Positions 8,323-17,966 of a DNA stretch of 64,000 bases are shown here, one piece after another (the first letter of the stretch is position 1; every line of letters begins with the position of its first letter). The notes beneath the pieces are model-generated. The model saw nothing but the letters and a program-made list of their open reading frames with translations. It was not told where the DNA came from and did not search any database. The DNA is taken from positions 19,498-83,497 of the forward strand of contig CAZSIF010000003.1 in NCBI GenBank assembly GCA_964607155.1, in the 5' to 3' direction. A program made the position numbers and the translations under genes. The stretch comes from an uncultured Oscillospiraceae bacterium (lineage in GTDB: Bacteria > Bacillota > Clostridia > Christensenellales > CAG-314).

Positions 8323-10902
8323 ATGAAGCAAAAATTTAACGTTACTGGTATGACGTGTTCGGCGTGCTCTGCGCATGTCGAAAAGTCCGTTGCCGCAGTG
8401 GACGGTGTAGATAAGGTTGTTGTAAGCCTGCTTACCAATTCGATGACGGTGGAGTGGGATGAGGCAAAGGTAAATGAGTCGGCTATCATAGCCGCGGTGC
8501 AAAAGGGAGGTTATGGGGCAAGTGTAGTCGGCAAGGCGGAGCAACCTGTTGCAAGACAGGATCAGAATGCCGTAAGTCTATCTCGCTTGTTAATTTCAAT
8601 TGGCTTTTGCGTTGTATTGATGTATGTTTCCATGGGGCACATGGTTGGGTTGCCGTTGCCGTCGTTTTTAGATGGACGACAAAATGCCGTGGCTTTTGCG
8701 CTGGTACAGTTTTTGCTGTGCTTGCCCGTGTGGTATGTTAACAGGAGTTACTTTATTGTTGGCTTCAAGCGTTTGGTTAAGCGTTCGCCTAATATGGATA
8801 GTCTTATTGCCGTGGGCTCCGCTGCGGGGGCAATTTATGCAGTGGCAATAACGTTTGTTCTTGCGCACGCTGTGGGGCAGGCTGCCATTATGCCGCAGGA
8901 GGCGGATCAATGGTTACAGATTGTCGATCAATACGGGCATCAGCTATATTTTGAATCATCTGCCATGATTTTGGCTTTGGTTGACCTTGGTAAATTTTTT
9001 GAGGGACGTTCCAAGCGTAAAACAGGCGACGCACTAAACAAGTTGCGTAATCTTGCTCCGCAAACGGCAATATTAGTCGAAAACGGTGTTGAACGTGTGG
9101 TGGATAGTGCGTCAATAAAGATTGGCAACGTGGTTGCCGTCAAGGCAGGTATGGTTTTCCCCGCGGATGGCATTGTGAAATCTGGCAGTTGCTTTGTGGA
9201 CGAAAGTGCAATCAATGGAGAAAGCCTTCCGTGCGAAAAACTTTTGGACGGCAGGGTTATCGGTGGCACGAAAAATGTCGGTGGCTATGTTCTCGAGCAA
9301 GTGACGAGCGCCGGTGAGGATAGCGTGCTTAGCAAAATAATTGCACTGGTGGAAGAAGCTGGTAGTTCCAAAGCGCCCGTTCAACGTCTTGCGGATAAAA
9401 TCGCGTCGGTTTTTGTGCCGATTGTGATGTGCATATCGTTGGTAACTTTGGCGGTGTGGCTGTGCGTTGGCGAACCGCTTTCGACTGCGCTTAACTTTGC
9501 CATTTCAGTGTTGGTAATTTCCTGCCCTTGTGCGTTGGGATTGGCAACACCTGTTGCAATAATGGTTTCTACTGGAAAGGCGGCGTCCAACGGTATTTTG
9601 ATAAAAAACGGTGAGGCGTTGGAAAAGCTTTCTCAGCTTAAATACGTTGCCTTGGATAAAACCGGCACGGTAACGCTCGGCAAACCGCACGTCGTGGACT
9701 ATCGTTGCGACTTGCCTAAAAATGAATTCTTTGCAGTGATAGGTGGCATTGAAAAGCAAAGTGAACACCCGTTGGGACGAGCTATTGTTGAGCATGCGGA
9801 GAGCTTGGAAGTTGAGCTAAGTCAGCCGAGCGAACTTCAAACGATAGCGGGCAGCGGTGTTGTTGCCGTTGTTGACGGTCATCGGTATGCAATTGGCAAC
9901 AAACGATTGATGGATGCCGAAAGCGTTGCACCGAATAGTTATATGGAATGGTTAAGCGCGTTTTCGGATAAGGCATTGACATGTCTTGTGGTTAGTAAGG
10001 ACGGAATATACTGCGGTATTGTTGGTGTGGGCGATGAGATAAAACCGACATCTAAGCAAGCCGTGGCGGAAATGAAAGCGCTTGGACTTGTCCCTGTGCT
10101 GATAACCGGCGATAACGCACTTGCTGCGCAGGCTGTTTGTGATGAGGTCGGAATAGACCATTTTGAAGCCGAGGTTTTGCCGCAGGATAAGGAACGGCGT
10201 GTTGCCGAACTTAGTTCGGAAGGGCTTGTTGCCATGGTCGGGGACGGAATAAACGACGCCCCCGCTTTGGCAAGGGCGGATATAGGTATTGCTGTGGCTA
10301 ATGGTTCGGATATTGCCGTTGACAGTGCCGACGTGGTGCTTGTGAAAAACGATTTGCGGGATGTTGCAACTGCCGTTGCGCTTGCACGCAAAACGGTAAA
10401 AAATATAAAGCAAAACTTGTTTTGGGCATTCTTTTATAACTCGCTGGGCATTCCGATTGCTGCGGGGGCGTTGTATATGACGTCGCTACATTTGCAGCTT
10501 AGTCCTATGCTTGCCGCGGCGGCGATGAGCTTATCAAGCCTTTTTGTTGTGTCAAACGCATTGCGACTAAACTTATTCAAACCACCTGTAGTCAAAGATG
10601 GTGAGTTAAATCAAAATACTCAAAAGGATTGTTGCGGCAACACAAGCTGTGCCGTTGACGATATCGATAATAAGCTATCGGAGGATACTATGAAATTTGT
10701 ACTAAAAATCGAGGGTATGATGTGCGGGCATTGTACAGCTCGCGTGCAAAAAACGCTGGAGTCGATAAATGGCGTTACAAGCGTAACGGTTTGCTTGGAG
10801 GATAAATCGGCAACCGTTTTAGGCAGTGGGCTTAACGGCGACGTGCTTGCTGTTGCAGTTGAGGAACAAGGCTATGATGTCAAGGAGGTAATAAAGTTAT
10901 GA
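8323..10902 (+). CDS. copA: Copper-translocating P1B-type ATPase with N-terminal and C-terminal heavy-metal-associated domains
   Basis: 859 aa. N-terminal HMA motif GMTCSAC, CPC motif VISCPCALGLATP, phosphorylation motif DKTGTVT, hinge motif GDGINDAP, and a second C-terminal HMA motif GMMCGHC. Confidence 0.93.
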   Translation: MKQKFNVTGMTCSACSAHVEKSVAAVDGVDKVVVSLLTNSMTVEWDEAKVNESAIIAAVQKGGYGASVVGKAEQPVARQDQNAVSLSRLLISIGFCVVLMYVSMGHMVGLPLPSFLDGRQNAVAFALVQFLLCLPVWYVNRSYFIVGFKRLVKRSPNMDSLIAVGSAAGAIYAVAITFVLAHAVGQAAIMPQEADQWLQIVDQYGHQLYFESSAMILALVDLGKFFEGRSKRKTGDALNKLRNLAPQTAILVENGVERVVDSASIKIGNVVAVKAGMVFPADGIVKSGSCFVDESAINGESLPCEKLLDGRVIGGTKNVGGYVLEQVTSAGEDSVLSKIIALVEEAGSSKAPVQRLADKIASVFVPIVMCISLVTLAVWLCVGEPLSTALNFAISVLVISCPCALGLATPVAIMVSTGKAASNGILIKNGEALEKLSQLKYVALDKTGTVTLGKPHVVDYRCDLPKNEFFAVIGGIEKQSEHPLGRAIVEHAESLEVELSQPSELQTIAGSGVVAVVDGHRYAIGNKRLMDAESVAPNSYMEWLSAFSDKALTCLVVSKDGIYCGIVGVGDEIKPTSKQAVAEMKALGLVPVLITGDNALAAQAVCDEVGIDHFEAEVLPQDKERRVAELSSEGLVAMVGDGINDAPALARADIGIAVANGSDIAVDSADVVLVKNDLRDVATAVALARKTVKNIKQNLFWAFFYNSLGIPIAAGALYMTSLHLQLSPMLAAAAMSLSSLFVVSNALRLNLFKPPVVKDGELNQNTQKDCCGNTSCAVDDIDNKLSEDTMKFVLKIEGMMCGHCTARVQKTLESINGVTSVTVCLEDKSATVLGSGLNGDVLAVAVEEQGYDVKEVIKL

Positions 10903-11156
10903 TAGCAGATAAAAAAAAGGTAGTGCGTTTGCTTAGAACAGCACGCGGACAGATTGAGGGAATCCTTAGAATGATTGACGAAGATAGATATTGTATCGAT
11001 GTATCAAATCAGATTATGGCGTCGCAGGCAATACTTTCTGCCGCCAATCGAGAAGTGCTAAAGGCGCACATCAAAAGCTGTGTGCTCGAAGCAACCGGCA
11101 CCGAAGAAGAGGAAAAGCTGGACGAAGTTTGCCGTCTGCTGGATAAATTGTTGTAA
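10899..11156 (+). CDS. csoR: CsoR/RcnR-family metal-sensing transcriptional repressor
   Basis: 85 aa. Reads KKKVVRLLRTARGQIEGILRMIDEDRYCIDVSNQI...HIKSC, the DUF156-type C-H-C ligand pattern. Its start overlaps the copA stop (ATGA). Confidence 0.85.
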   Translation: MIADKKKVVRLLRTARGQIEGILRMIDEDRYCIDVSNQIMASQAILSAANREVLKAHIKSCVLEATGTEEEEKLDEVCRLLDKLL

Positions 11157-11184
11157 CAAATGAATTTTCGCATATATTAGATAT

Positions 11185-11457
11185 ATGAACGGTTCGTTTG
11201 TAAGCTGTATATCCGATATTTGCGGAAAAGAGCTCGCGGCGCTTGTGGGAGGCTACAAGTATTCTGTCTTTTCGGGGAAAGCTGTTGTTGTCGAGGGGCA
11301 TCGCGGAATAGAGGTCTACTGCCGTGAGAGGATAAGGCTGTTGATTGGCAGAGGCTGGCTGGAAATAAACGGAAGTAACCTGTCCATCAAGTGTATGGAC
11401 AGGGGCTTTTGCGTTGTGGAAGGAAAAATAAATGCCGTTGGGGTACACGATGCGTAG
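11185..11457 (+). CDS. yqfC: YabP/YqfC-family sporulation protein
   Basis: 90 aa, with the content ...KAVVVEGHRGIEVYCRERIRL...GSNLSIKCMDRGFCVVEGKINAV. Its position directly upstream of yqfD-phoH matches the B. subtilis yqfC-yqfD-phoH order. Confidence 0.7.
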   Translation: MNGSFVSCISDICGKELAALVGGYKYSVFSGKAVVVEGHRGIEVYCRERIRLLIGRGWLEINGSNLSIKCMDRGFCVVEGKINAVGVHDA

Positions 11458-12523
11458 AGTGCGCATAAGCTTCGACGGCTTAAACGTCGCAACGATTTTG
11501 TCTTATTTTGCATCGCAGGGTATCGCAATTTACGATATCGGAAGGGATACAACCTGTTTTATCACCATCGACAAGGTTTATGTAAAACAAGCTGTTGCAT
11601 ATTTACGCAAAAAGTGCTATAATGTATCGGTTAAGGAAACGGGACTATCTGCCGCATTGAGTTTTGTTCGCAAGCGTATTGTGGCGGTGGTTGCTGTCGC
11701 TTTGTCTTTTGTGTTACTTATTGCTTCGTCACAGCTATGCCTTGTTATCGATGTTGACGGTGCTGCCACGCGGGGCGAAGTGTTAAGCGCGCTTTCCGCT
11801 TGCGGTGTGGGCATTGGCACTAAAATGTCATCCGTGGATGCGGATAAGGTTGAAAAGCTTTTGGCAGCTCGACTTGGTGTTGCTTATGCGACAGTTAAAA
11901 AAACAGGCAGTGTATTGTATGTTAATACAGTTGCATTGCGTACTACGGAGCCGCCGCACGATTTGAATGTGCGTAGGGATATAGTGAGCACAATTAGCGG
12001 TGAGGTTGTGGAAATAACGTGTATTCAAGGCACGCCTGTTGTTAGCATCGGCGACATCGTAAATGTGGGCGATAGGCTTATCGATGGTAGACGGATTTTT
12101 TTGGATCAAACCGAGTGCGACATCTATGCAATGGGACGCGTTAAAATAAAGACAACCGTTTGCGCTTCGGTGCAATATGACGGCTATGTCATGCAGCAGC
12201 TACCAACGGGTAATTGTTTTCAGACAACGCTTGTTCGTCTTTTGGGCAAGTCTTATGGTAGGGCTTGTCCGTTTGATAATTACACCCTAAGTGCCAAACG
12301 TGTATTACTGTATCCGCTTGGCGTTGCTGTGGAAAAAGTTGTTTTTTACGAAACGGCGGCGGTGCGCGTCCCCACGGATATATCCGCAGTCCTCGATGAG
12401 TTAAAAGCACAAGCCTATGCTCTTGCGTGTGATGAGTGCGGTTTCGATATCGACGAGGCAGTGTACTCTGTTGCGGATAATACCGTTTCGGTGGAGCTTA
12501 TCGGCTACGTTTATTGTCAATAA
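11432..12523 (+). CDS. yqfD: YqfD-like sporulation protein (single TM helix)
   Basis: 363 aa with one TM segment (VAVVAVALSFVLLIASSQL). Called from synteny between yqfC and phoH. The start is preceded by GGAAGGA; an alternative ATG lies at 11450. Confidence 0.65.
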   Translation: MPLGYTMRRVRISFDGLNVATILSYFASQGIAIYDIGRDTTCFITIDKVYVKQAVAYLRKKCYNVSVKETGLSAALSFVRKRIVAVVAVALSFVLLIASSQLCLVIDVDGAATRGEVLSALSACGVGIGTKMSSVDADKVEKLLAARLGVAYATVKKTGSVLYVNTVALRTTEPPHDLNVRRDIVSTISGEVVEITCIQGTPVVSIGDIVNVGDRLIDGRRIFLDQTECDIYAMGRVKIKTTVCASVQYDGYVMQQLPTGNCFQTTLVRLLGKSYGRACPFDNYTLSAKRVLLYPLGVAVEKVVFYETAAVRVPTDISAVLDELKAQAYALACDECGFDIDEAVYSVADNTVSVELIGYVYCQ

Positions 12524-12574
12524 TCGTGCCGCAGCGTGGTTTGTTTTTTGTAGCAAAGCATTTGGAGGTGGCAT

Positions 12575-13528
12575 TTGGTAACCAAAAAAATACCGATAGA
12601 ATCTATGGACGAGCTTATTAAGCTGTTTGGCGCGTTCGACGAAAACATCAAGGCGGTGTGTCAAGCCTTTGATGTGCGTGTTGTTGTCGATAATGGACAA
12701 AGCAGTCTTTTGGGTGAGCCTCAAAACGTAGACGATGCATTGGCTGTTATGGGTAAGCTTCGCAATTTTATATATAACGGCGATGTGGTGGATATCGGGC
12801 GCGTTGCTTACGTTTGCGAATGTGCCAAGGCGGATAAGCTTGACGAAATAGACCAACTGATGAATGACGTCGTTGCGATAACCGCCAAAGGCAAGCCGAT
12901 AAAAAGCAAAACGGTCGGGCAAAAGAAGTATGTCGATTTGATGAAAAAGAAAACCGTCACTTTCGGCGTGGGACCTGCCGGAACGGGCAAAACGTATCTT
13001 GCCGTTGCGCTTGCCGTAAATGCTTTCAAGGCTAAGCAAGTGGAAAAGATTATTCTTACTCGTCCTGCGGTGGAGGCGGGTGAAAAGCTTGGCTTTTTGC
13101 CGGGTGATCTGCAGGAAAAGGTCAATCCATACTTACGTCCTCTGTATGACGCATTGCAGGAAATGCTCGGCACGGAGGCGTACACAAAAATGCTTGAGCG
13201 TGGAACAATCGAAATCGCTCCGTTGGCATATATGCGCGGTAGAACGCTAAACAACGCCTACGTTATTTTGGACGAGGCGCAAAATACGACTAAGGAACAA
13301 ATAAAAATGTTCCTAACTCGTCTTGGTGAAAATAGTCGTATGGTAATTACGGGCGACCTTACTCAGGTGGATTTGCCTAAGGGGACAGTTTCCGGGCTTA
13401 GACACGCAGTCAAAATATTAAAGGACATCAACGACATTGGCATAATCAAGCTGTCGGAAAAGGACGTAGTGCGGCATCCGCTTGTTCAGGAAATAGTAAA
13501 AGCATATGCTGCAGCCGACGGTGTGTAG
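12575..13528 (+). CDS. phoH: PhoH-family ATPase
   Basis: TTG start after GGAGGTG. Walker A motif GPAGTGKTYLAVA, Walker B motif ILDEAQN, and the LTRLGENSRMVITGDLTQVDLP signature. Confidence 0.92.
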   Translation: MVTKKIPIESMDELIKLFGAFDENIKAVCQAFDVRVVVDNGQSSLLGEPQNVDDALAVMGKLRNFIYNGDVVDIGRVAYVCECAKADKLDEIDQLMNDVVAITAKGKPIKSKTVGQKKYVDLMKKKTVTFGVGPAGTGKTYLAVALAVNAFKAKQVEKIILTRPAVEAGEKLGFLPGDLQEKVNPYLRPLYDALQEMLGTEAYTKMLERGTIEIAPLAYMRGRTLNNAYVILDEAQNTTKEQIKMFLTRLGENSRMVITGDLTQVDLPKGTVSGLRHAVKILKDINDIGIIKLSEKDVVRHPLVQEIVKAYAAADGV

Positions 13529-13756
13529 GTTAACTAATGGCGATGTTATATAAGATAGATTAAAAGGGGTAAGTGCTTGTTTTACGGCGTAAGCATCGTT
13601 GGGAACAATCATATTTTTCAGCTTATGCGCAAGCAAGGCGACGCGAAATTATCTTGCGAACAAGAAACTAACTTCTTGAGTAAAAAAAATGCTTAAACTG
13701 CTTGGTCGGGTGTGCAAATTGTTGCCCTAAGGTCAAGCAAGATACAGAGGAAGCTT

Positions 13757-15193
13757 ATGGCTAAAACAAAAAAAATCGACAATATCCAATGGAAGGGAGT
13801 TTTAACCTGGTATGGCGTGGCGTTTATTGTGTTTTCCGCATTGGGGATTTTGCCTAATTTGGCAAGTATCAGCGCGATAAGGGTAATTACGCAGCTGTCA
13901 ACAACTTTTCTGCTTATTGTCGCACTGGGTTTGTATATTTACTTTTCCGACAGAGTGTGCATGGAAAGAATTTCCAAAACGACGGCAATGTTTACTACAA
14001 TGATAGTAAGCTATTTGGCAATTCAAATCGCACAGATATACGATGTAGGTTTATATCTTATCCCGTTTACGCTTTGCACGTTGGTGCTATCGTTGATAGT
14101 ATCCACCAAATGCGGATTTTTTGCAAATTTTGTAATTATCATGCTGTGCTTTATGCAGTTTGTAAACTGGGATACAAACGCAACACTTGTTGGCGAAAAC
14201 AAATTTTATTTGCTATTCGGCGGCATTATCGAGGCAGTTTTTGCCTCATATATTTTAGGTAAACACTATCGTCGCACACGTTATTTAGCAGTGGGTTTGC
14301 TTTTGGGTGTGGTTTCTGCCATATGCGAGTGCGTAAGCTATATGATGTTTCTCGATTCGTTTGACGATTGGAGTTGGATAGTGTTCGCCGTAAAGCTTGG
14401 TTGCTCGTTTAGTAGCGGTCTTATCGGCGTAATGCTTATGTTTATGATTGTGCCGCTTTTTGAACGAATATTCAATCTTGTTTCGGTATTCCGTTTTTCG
14501 GAAATTGCCTCTAGTGATACGCCGCTTATGCGTAGGCTGTTTGAAAAGGCACCCGGAACATATAACCATAGCCTTACGGTTGCAACATATGTCGAAGCGT
14601 GTGCCACTGCCATAGGTGAAAGTGCAATCGAGGCAAGGGCGTGCGCATATTATCACGATATAGGCAAAATTCGTAATCCGTTGTATTTTTCGGAAAATCA
14701 GTTTAGCGGTGTGAATCCGCACGACAATATGACGCCTGAGGCAAGCGTTAATATTATTCGTGCGCACACGGTAAACGGACTTGCTTTGGCAAAGGAATAT
14801 AAGCTGCCCAAAGAGGTAGAAAACGCCATTATCGAACATCACGGCACAATGCCGTTAAAGTATTTTTATCTTAAAGCTAAAAAATATACTGACGGCGATT
14901 TGCCGTATGATGGCTATTGCTATGATGGACCTAAGCCTACAAGCAAAATTACGGCAATTTTGATGATTTGCGATTCGTCGGAGGCGGCACTGCGCTCACA
15001 CGGAGATAGAACGAATGCGGAAAAAATCGTTGACGGTATTGTGGCGGAGCGTATAGCATTTGACCAGTTTTCTGAATGTGATCTTACAATGAAGGAGCTG
15101 GACGTAATAAAAAGCACGATTATCACAACGTTTTCCGGAATACGTCATAAACGCGTTAAGTATCCGGACGTAAAGCTGGAAGGGGACAAATGA
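13757..15193 (+). CDS. HD/HDIG-domain membrane phosphohydrolase (YqfF/PgpH family, short N-terminus)
   Basis: The ATG at 13757 follows GAGGAAG. Seven or more TM helices are followed by an HD domain (HSLTVA...YYHDIGKIRNP...IEHHGT). Syntenic with B. subtilis yqfF. Confidence 0.85.
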   Translation: MAKTKKIDNIQWKGVLTWYGVAFIVFSALGILPNLASISAIRVITQLSTTFLLIVALGLYIYFSDRVCMERISKTTAMFTTMIVSYLAIQIAQIYDVGLYLIPFTLCTLVLSLIVSTKCGFFANFVIIMLCFMQFVNWDTNATLVGENKFYLLFGGIIEAVFASYILGKHYRRTRYLAVGLLLGVVSAICECVSYMMFLDSFDDWSWIVFAVKLGCSFSSGLIGVMLMFMIVPLFERIFNLVSVFRFSEIASSDTPLMRRLFEKAPGTYNHSLTVATYVEACATAIGESAIEARACAYYHDIGKIRNPLYFSENQFSGVNPHDNMTPEASVNIIRAHTVNGLALAKEYKLPKEVENAIIEHHGTMPLKYFYLKAKKYTDGDLPYDGYCYDGPKPTSKITAILMICDSSEAALRSHGDRTNAEKIVDGIVAERIAFDQFSECDLTMKELDVIKSTIITTFSGIRHKRVKYPDVKLEGDK

Positions 15194-15693
15194 GAGTTTA
15201 TTTTAATAATGTGGCTTTTTTTATGCGTAGTCACATCAAGCGTGTGTTAAATTTTGCATTGCATTACCTGCATCAACCGTCCGATGGTTTGGAAACAACA
15301 GTGTCGATGGTGACGGAGGAGGAAATACGCTTTCTTAATGCGCAATACCGTGCAAGAGATGCTGTTACAGACGTGTTGTCCTTTCCTGCGGTGGAAAATC
15401 CGTCGCGCGATAGGCTCAATTTGACGGCTTTGCAAAACGAGCTTGATCCGGAAACGGGCTTGCTTAATATTGGCGATATCATTATTTGTTTGCCTCGTGC
15501 AAGGCAACAGGCTCGCGAGTTCGGTCACAGCTTAAAGCGAGAATTGTCTTTTCTTGCCCTGCATAGTTTGTTGCATTTGTTGGGCTACGACCATATCGAA
15601 CCTGCTGATGAGCAGCAAATGATAAATTTGCAAAAAGAAATTTTGGATAAGCTCGGCATTACCCGTAAAAACGTTATCAAAGGACAAAAATGA
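15190..15693 (+). CDS. ybeY: rRNA maturation endoribonuclease YbeY
   Basis: HSLLHLLGYDH zinc-binding motif. Translationally coupled by ATGA overlaps on both sides. Confidence 0.9.
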   Translation: MRVYFNNVAFFMRSHIKRVLNFALHYLHQPSDGLETTVSMVTEEEIRFLNAQYRARDAVTDVLSFPAVENPSRDRLNLTALQNELDPETGLLNIGDIIICLPRARQQAREFGHSLKRELSFLALHSLLHLLGYDHIEPADEQQMINLQKEILDKLGITRKNVIKGQK

Positions 15694-16580
15694 GAAAAAC
15701 AGGTTTTATTGCAATAGTCGGGCTTGCAAACGCTGGCAAATCGACGCTTACAAACGCCCTTGTGGGACAAAAAATATCAATCGTTTCACCCAAGCCGCAA
15801 ACAACTCGGGATAGTATTCTTGGAATTTGGACGGATGACGATTCTCAAATGATTTTTGTCGATACCCCCGGTTTTTTGCAAAGCAAAAATGCTTTGGGGG
15901 ATTTTATGCTTCGCAGCATAGATACAGCCGTGCAGGATGTGGACGCAATAATTGTTGTGGTGGATGGGCACGACGGAATTGACGAAAGGGAGCTTTCGCA
16001 AATCAATAAATATGCAAGGCGCAAGTTGCCGGTTATAGTCGCGGTTAGCAAAATCGATATTTCTCAGCCGGAAAAGCTGATGCCGGAGCTGGCAAAGCTC
16101 AACGCAATCGAGGGTGTGGCAGAGGTATATTGCATATCAGCTAAGCGCAACAAGGGCATAGATGAACTAAAAACCGCGCTGAAAAAATATCTTACCGGCA
16201 CGGAACTGTATTTTGAAGAAGACGACCTGACTGACCGCAGTCAACGCTATCTTGTGGCGGAGATTATCCGCGAAAAAGTATTACTGTGCTGCGAAAACGA
16301 AATTCCGCACGGAATAGGTATTGCTATCAACAAAATGTCCGATGAGGGGAGTGCGTGGGATATCGACGCTACGATAGTGGTGGAAAAGGCATCTCACAAG
16401 CCTATCGTGCTTGGTAAGCAAGGAACAAAAATCAAAAGCATCGGTGTGCACGCAAGGAAAAGCATTGAAAAGCTTTTGGATGCACCTGTGTACCTTACGC
16501 TTTGGGTAAAGGTTAAGGAGGATTGGCGTAACAATCCTCATATGTTAAACGAGTTGGGCTATTCCGCAAAGCGCGATTAA
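15690..16580 (+). CDS. era: GTPase Era
   Basis: G1 motif GLANAGKST, G3 motif DTPG, G4 motif SKID, and a C-terminal KH domain (VEKASHKPIVLGKQGTKIKSIG). Confidence 0.95.
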   Translation: MRKTGFIAIVGLANAGKSTLTNALVGQKISIVSPKPQTTRDSILGIWTDDDSQMIFVDTPGFLQSKNALGDFMLRSIDTAVQDVDAIIVVVDGHDGIDERELSQINKYARRKLPVIVAVSKIDISQPEKLMPELAKLNAIEGVAEVYCISAKRNKGIDELKTALKKYLTGTELYFEEDDLTDRSQRYLVAEIIREKVLLCCENEIPHGIGIAINKMSDEGSAWDIDATIVVEKASHKPIVLGKQGTKIKSIGVHARKSIEKLLDAPVYLTLWVKVKEDWRNNPHMLNELGYSAKRD

Positions 16581-16731
16581 CGAATTTGATGTATATTTTT
16601 TGCGGTATTGCACAAGCTATCCTAAAATGACGTGGCGTATATAGAAATGGGAGCGTTTTGCTTTTATTGAAACGATTATGCCTATTTAAGATACGTTAGT
16701 GGTACATAATGTGCTTGTAAGGAGGTGCTTT

Positions 16732-16857
16732 GTGAAAAATACCGTTTGGGAACTATTTAGCCGCACGGGCAATCTGGGCTACTATTTGCTTTACAAGGAG
16801 CTACAAAAAAATGGACGTAACAACAAAAGCCATAGCTCTAAGGACGACGGATTTTAA
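16732..16857 (+). CDS. yqzL: YqzL-like small protein (41 aa), not in the ORF track
   Basis: A GTG after GGAGGTG (16721-16727) gives VKNTVWELFSRTGNLGYYLLYKELQKNGRNNKSHSSKDDGF. The W-x2-F-x2-TG-x4-YLL-x-KE pattern and the era/recO position match B. subtilis YqzL. It overlaps the recO start by 47 nt in another frame. Confidence 0.65.
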   Translation: MKNTVWELFSRTGNLGYYLLYKELQKNGRNNKSHSSKDDGF

Positions 16858-17539
16858 GGAAAGCGACAAACTTATTTTACTTTATTCGTTGGAATACGGC
16901 AAGCTTACTGCCTATGCACGAGGTATCAAAAAGGGTAATGCTAAGCTACGTTTTGCTGCCGATCAGTTTTGTTTTGGTCAATACGATCTTTCATATTCGG
17001 GCGATAGATACATTCTTAAAAGCTGCGAACAGCTTGAAAGCTTTTATTCGCTCAGGGAAGATATCGTTTCGTATTACGCCGCATGCGTCGTTGCGGAGTG
17101 CTTGGCAAGCTACACGCAGGACGGTCAAAGCGAACCACAGCTGTTTGTGGAAACCTTAAAGGCACTGCAAAAGTTATCGGATTGTTGTCAAAATCCGTTG
17201 CTTGTAACGCTTCGTTTTTTGTTGGAGTTTATGCGACTTGAGGGGTTTGGCGTGGATTTCTCACGCTGTGCTGTGTGCGGAGAGCGGACGCGCAGGCAGT
17301 ATCTAAACCTGCAATCGGGACAAATCGAGTGCGATAAGTGCCGTTCCGAAGGGGCGTTTTTGGTAAGTCCGCGTGCTGCATCGGTGTGCATGATGGTGGA
17401 TGGTATGCAATACGAGCGTTTGGATGGCTTTTGCCCGCCTCAAGCCGCTGTCAAGGAGGCTTTAGACATAATGTATCGTTATGTTTCGCACAGCTTTTCG
17501 CCGCTAAAAACTTTATCGGAGCTGTTAAAAATTGCATAG
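16811..17539 (+). CDS. recO: DNA repair protein RecO
   Basis: 242 aa. OB-fold N-terminus (KAIALRTTDFKESDKLILLYSLEYGKLTAYARG) and a zinc motif CAVCGE...CDKC. Confidence 0.9.
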   Translation: MDVTTKAIALRTTDFKESDKLILLYSLEYGKLTAYARGIKKGNAKLRFAADQFCFGQYDLSYSGDRYILKSCEQLESFYSLREDIVSYYAACVVAECLASYTQDGQSEPQLFVETLKALQKLSDCCQNPLLVTLRFLLEFMRLEGFGVDFSRCAVCGERTRRQYLNLQSGQIECDKCRSEGAFLVSPRAASVCMMVDGMQYERLDGFCPPQAAVKEALDIMYRYVSHSFSPLKTLSELLKIA

Positions 17540-17665
17540 TCTTTTGCTCGACGTTTATCGTCGAGCATTTTTTTGCGAACGGCACCATAGTATATCTGTA
17601 AATCCGCGGTTGGGGCTTACGCTAAAATTCTGTTTATTTTTTGCGTATGAAATTTGCCATAGGTA

Positions 17666-17693
17666 TTGACAAACCCTATTTTTAGTGTATAAT
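17666..17693 (+). promoter_or_regulatory. Sigma-A-type promoter candidate with a roughly 270-nt leader before the kinase-family gene
   Basis: TTGACA (17666-17671), a 16-nt spacer, then TATAAT (17688-17693). Confidence 0.5.
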
Positions 17694-17966
17694 ACTAATA
17701 CTGTAAAAATATGTTCCAAGGGTAGACAGATACGATATTAAAGGCGTGCTTTTGTCAATTGCAACGGCACTTAATTTAATTATCCAAGTATACTATGTCA
17801 CAAATAGTTTTATTGATATCGGCATTTCTTGGGGTAATGTGGCTTTTGGGGAGGCTTGCAATATTGTAACTTTGTGGCAAGCAGTGCATTTTTGTCACCA
17901 TGTAAAAGTATAATTCTGGTTATAAACACGGCATGTAGTGTGTCGGTGCCGTTTAGGGAGAAATAA

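Noticed and set aside
17694-17966. About 270-nt leader before the TGS/uridine-kinase-family gene; considered a T-box, PyrR site or riboswitch.
   Set aside because: There is no T-box sequence, no PyrR-binding loop motif, and no convincing terminator/antiterminator pair. Only a weak 6-bp hairpin without a U tail was seen.
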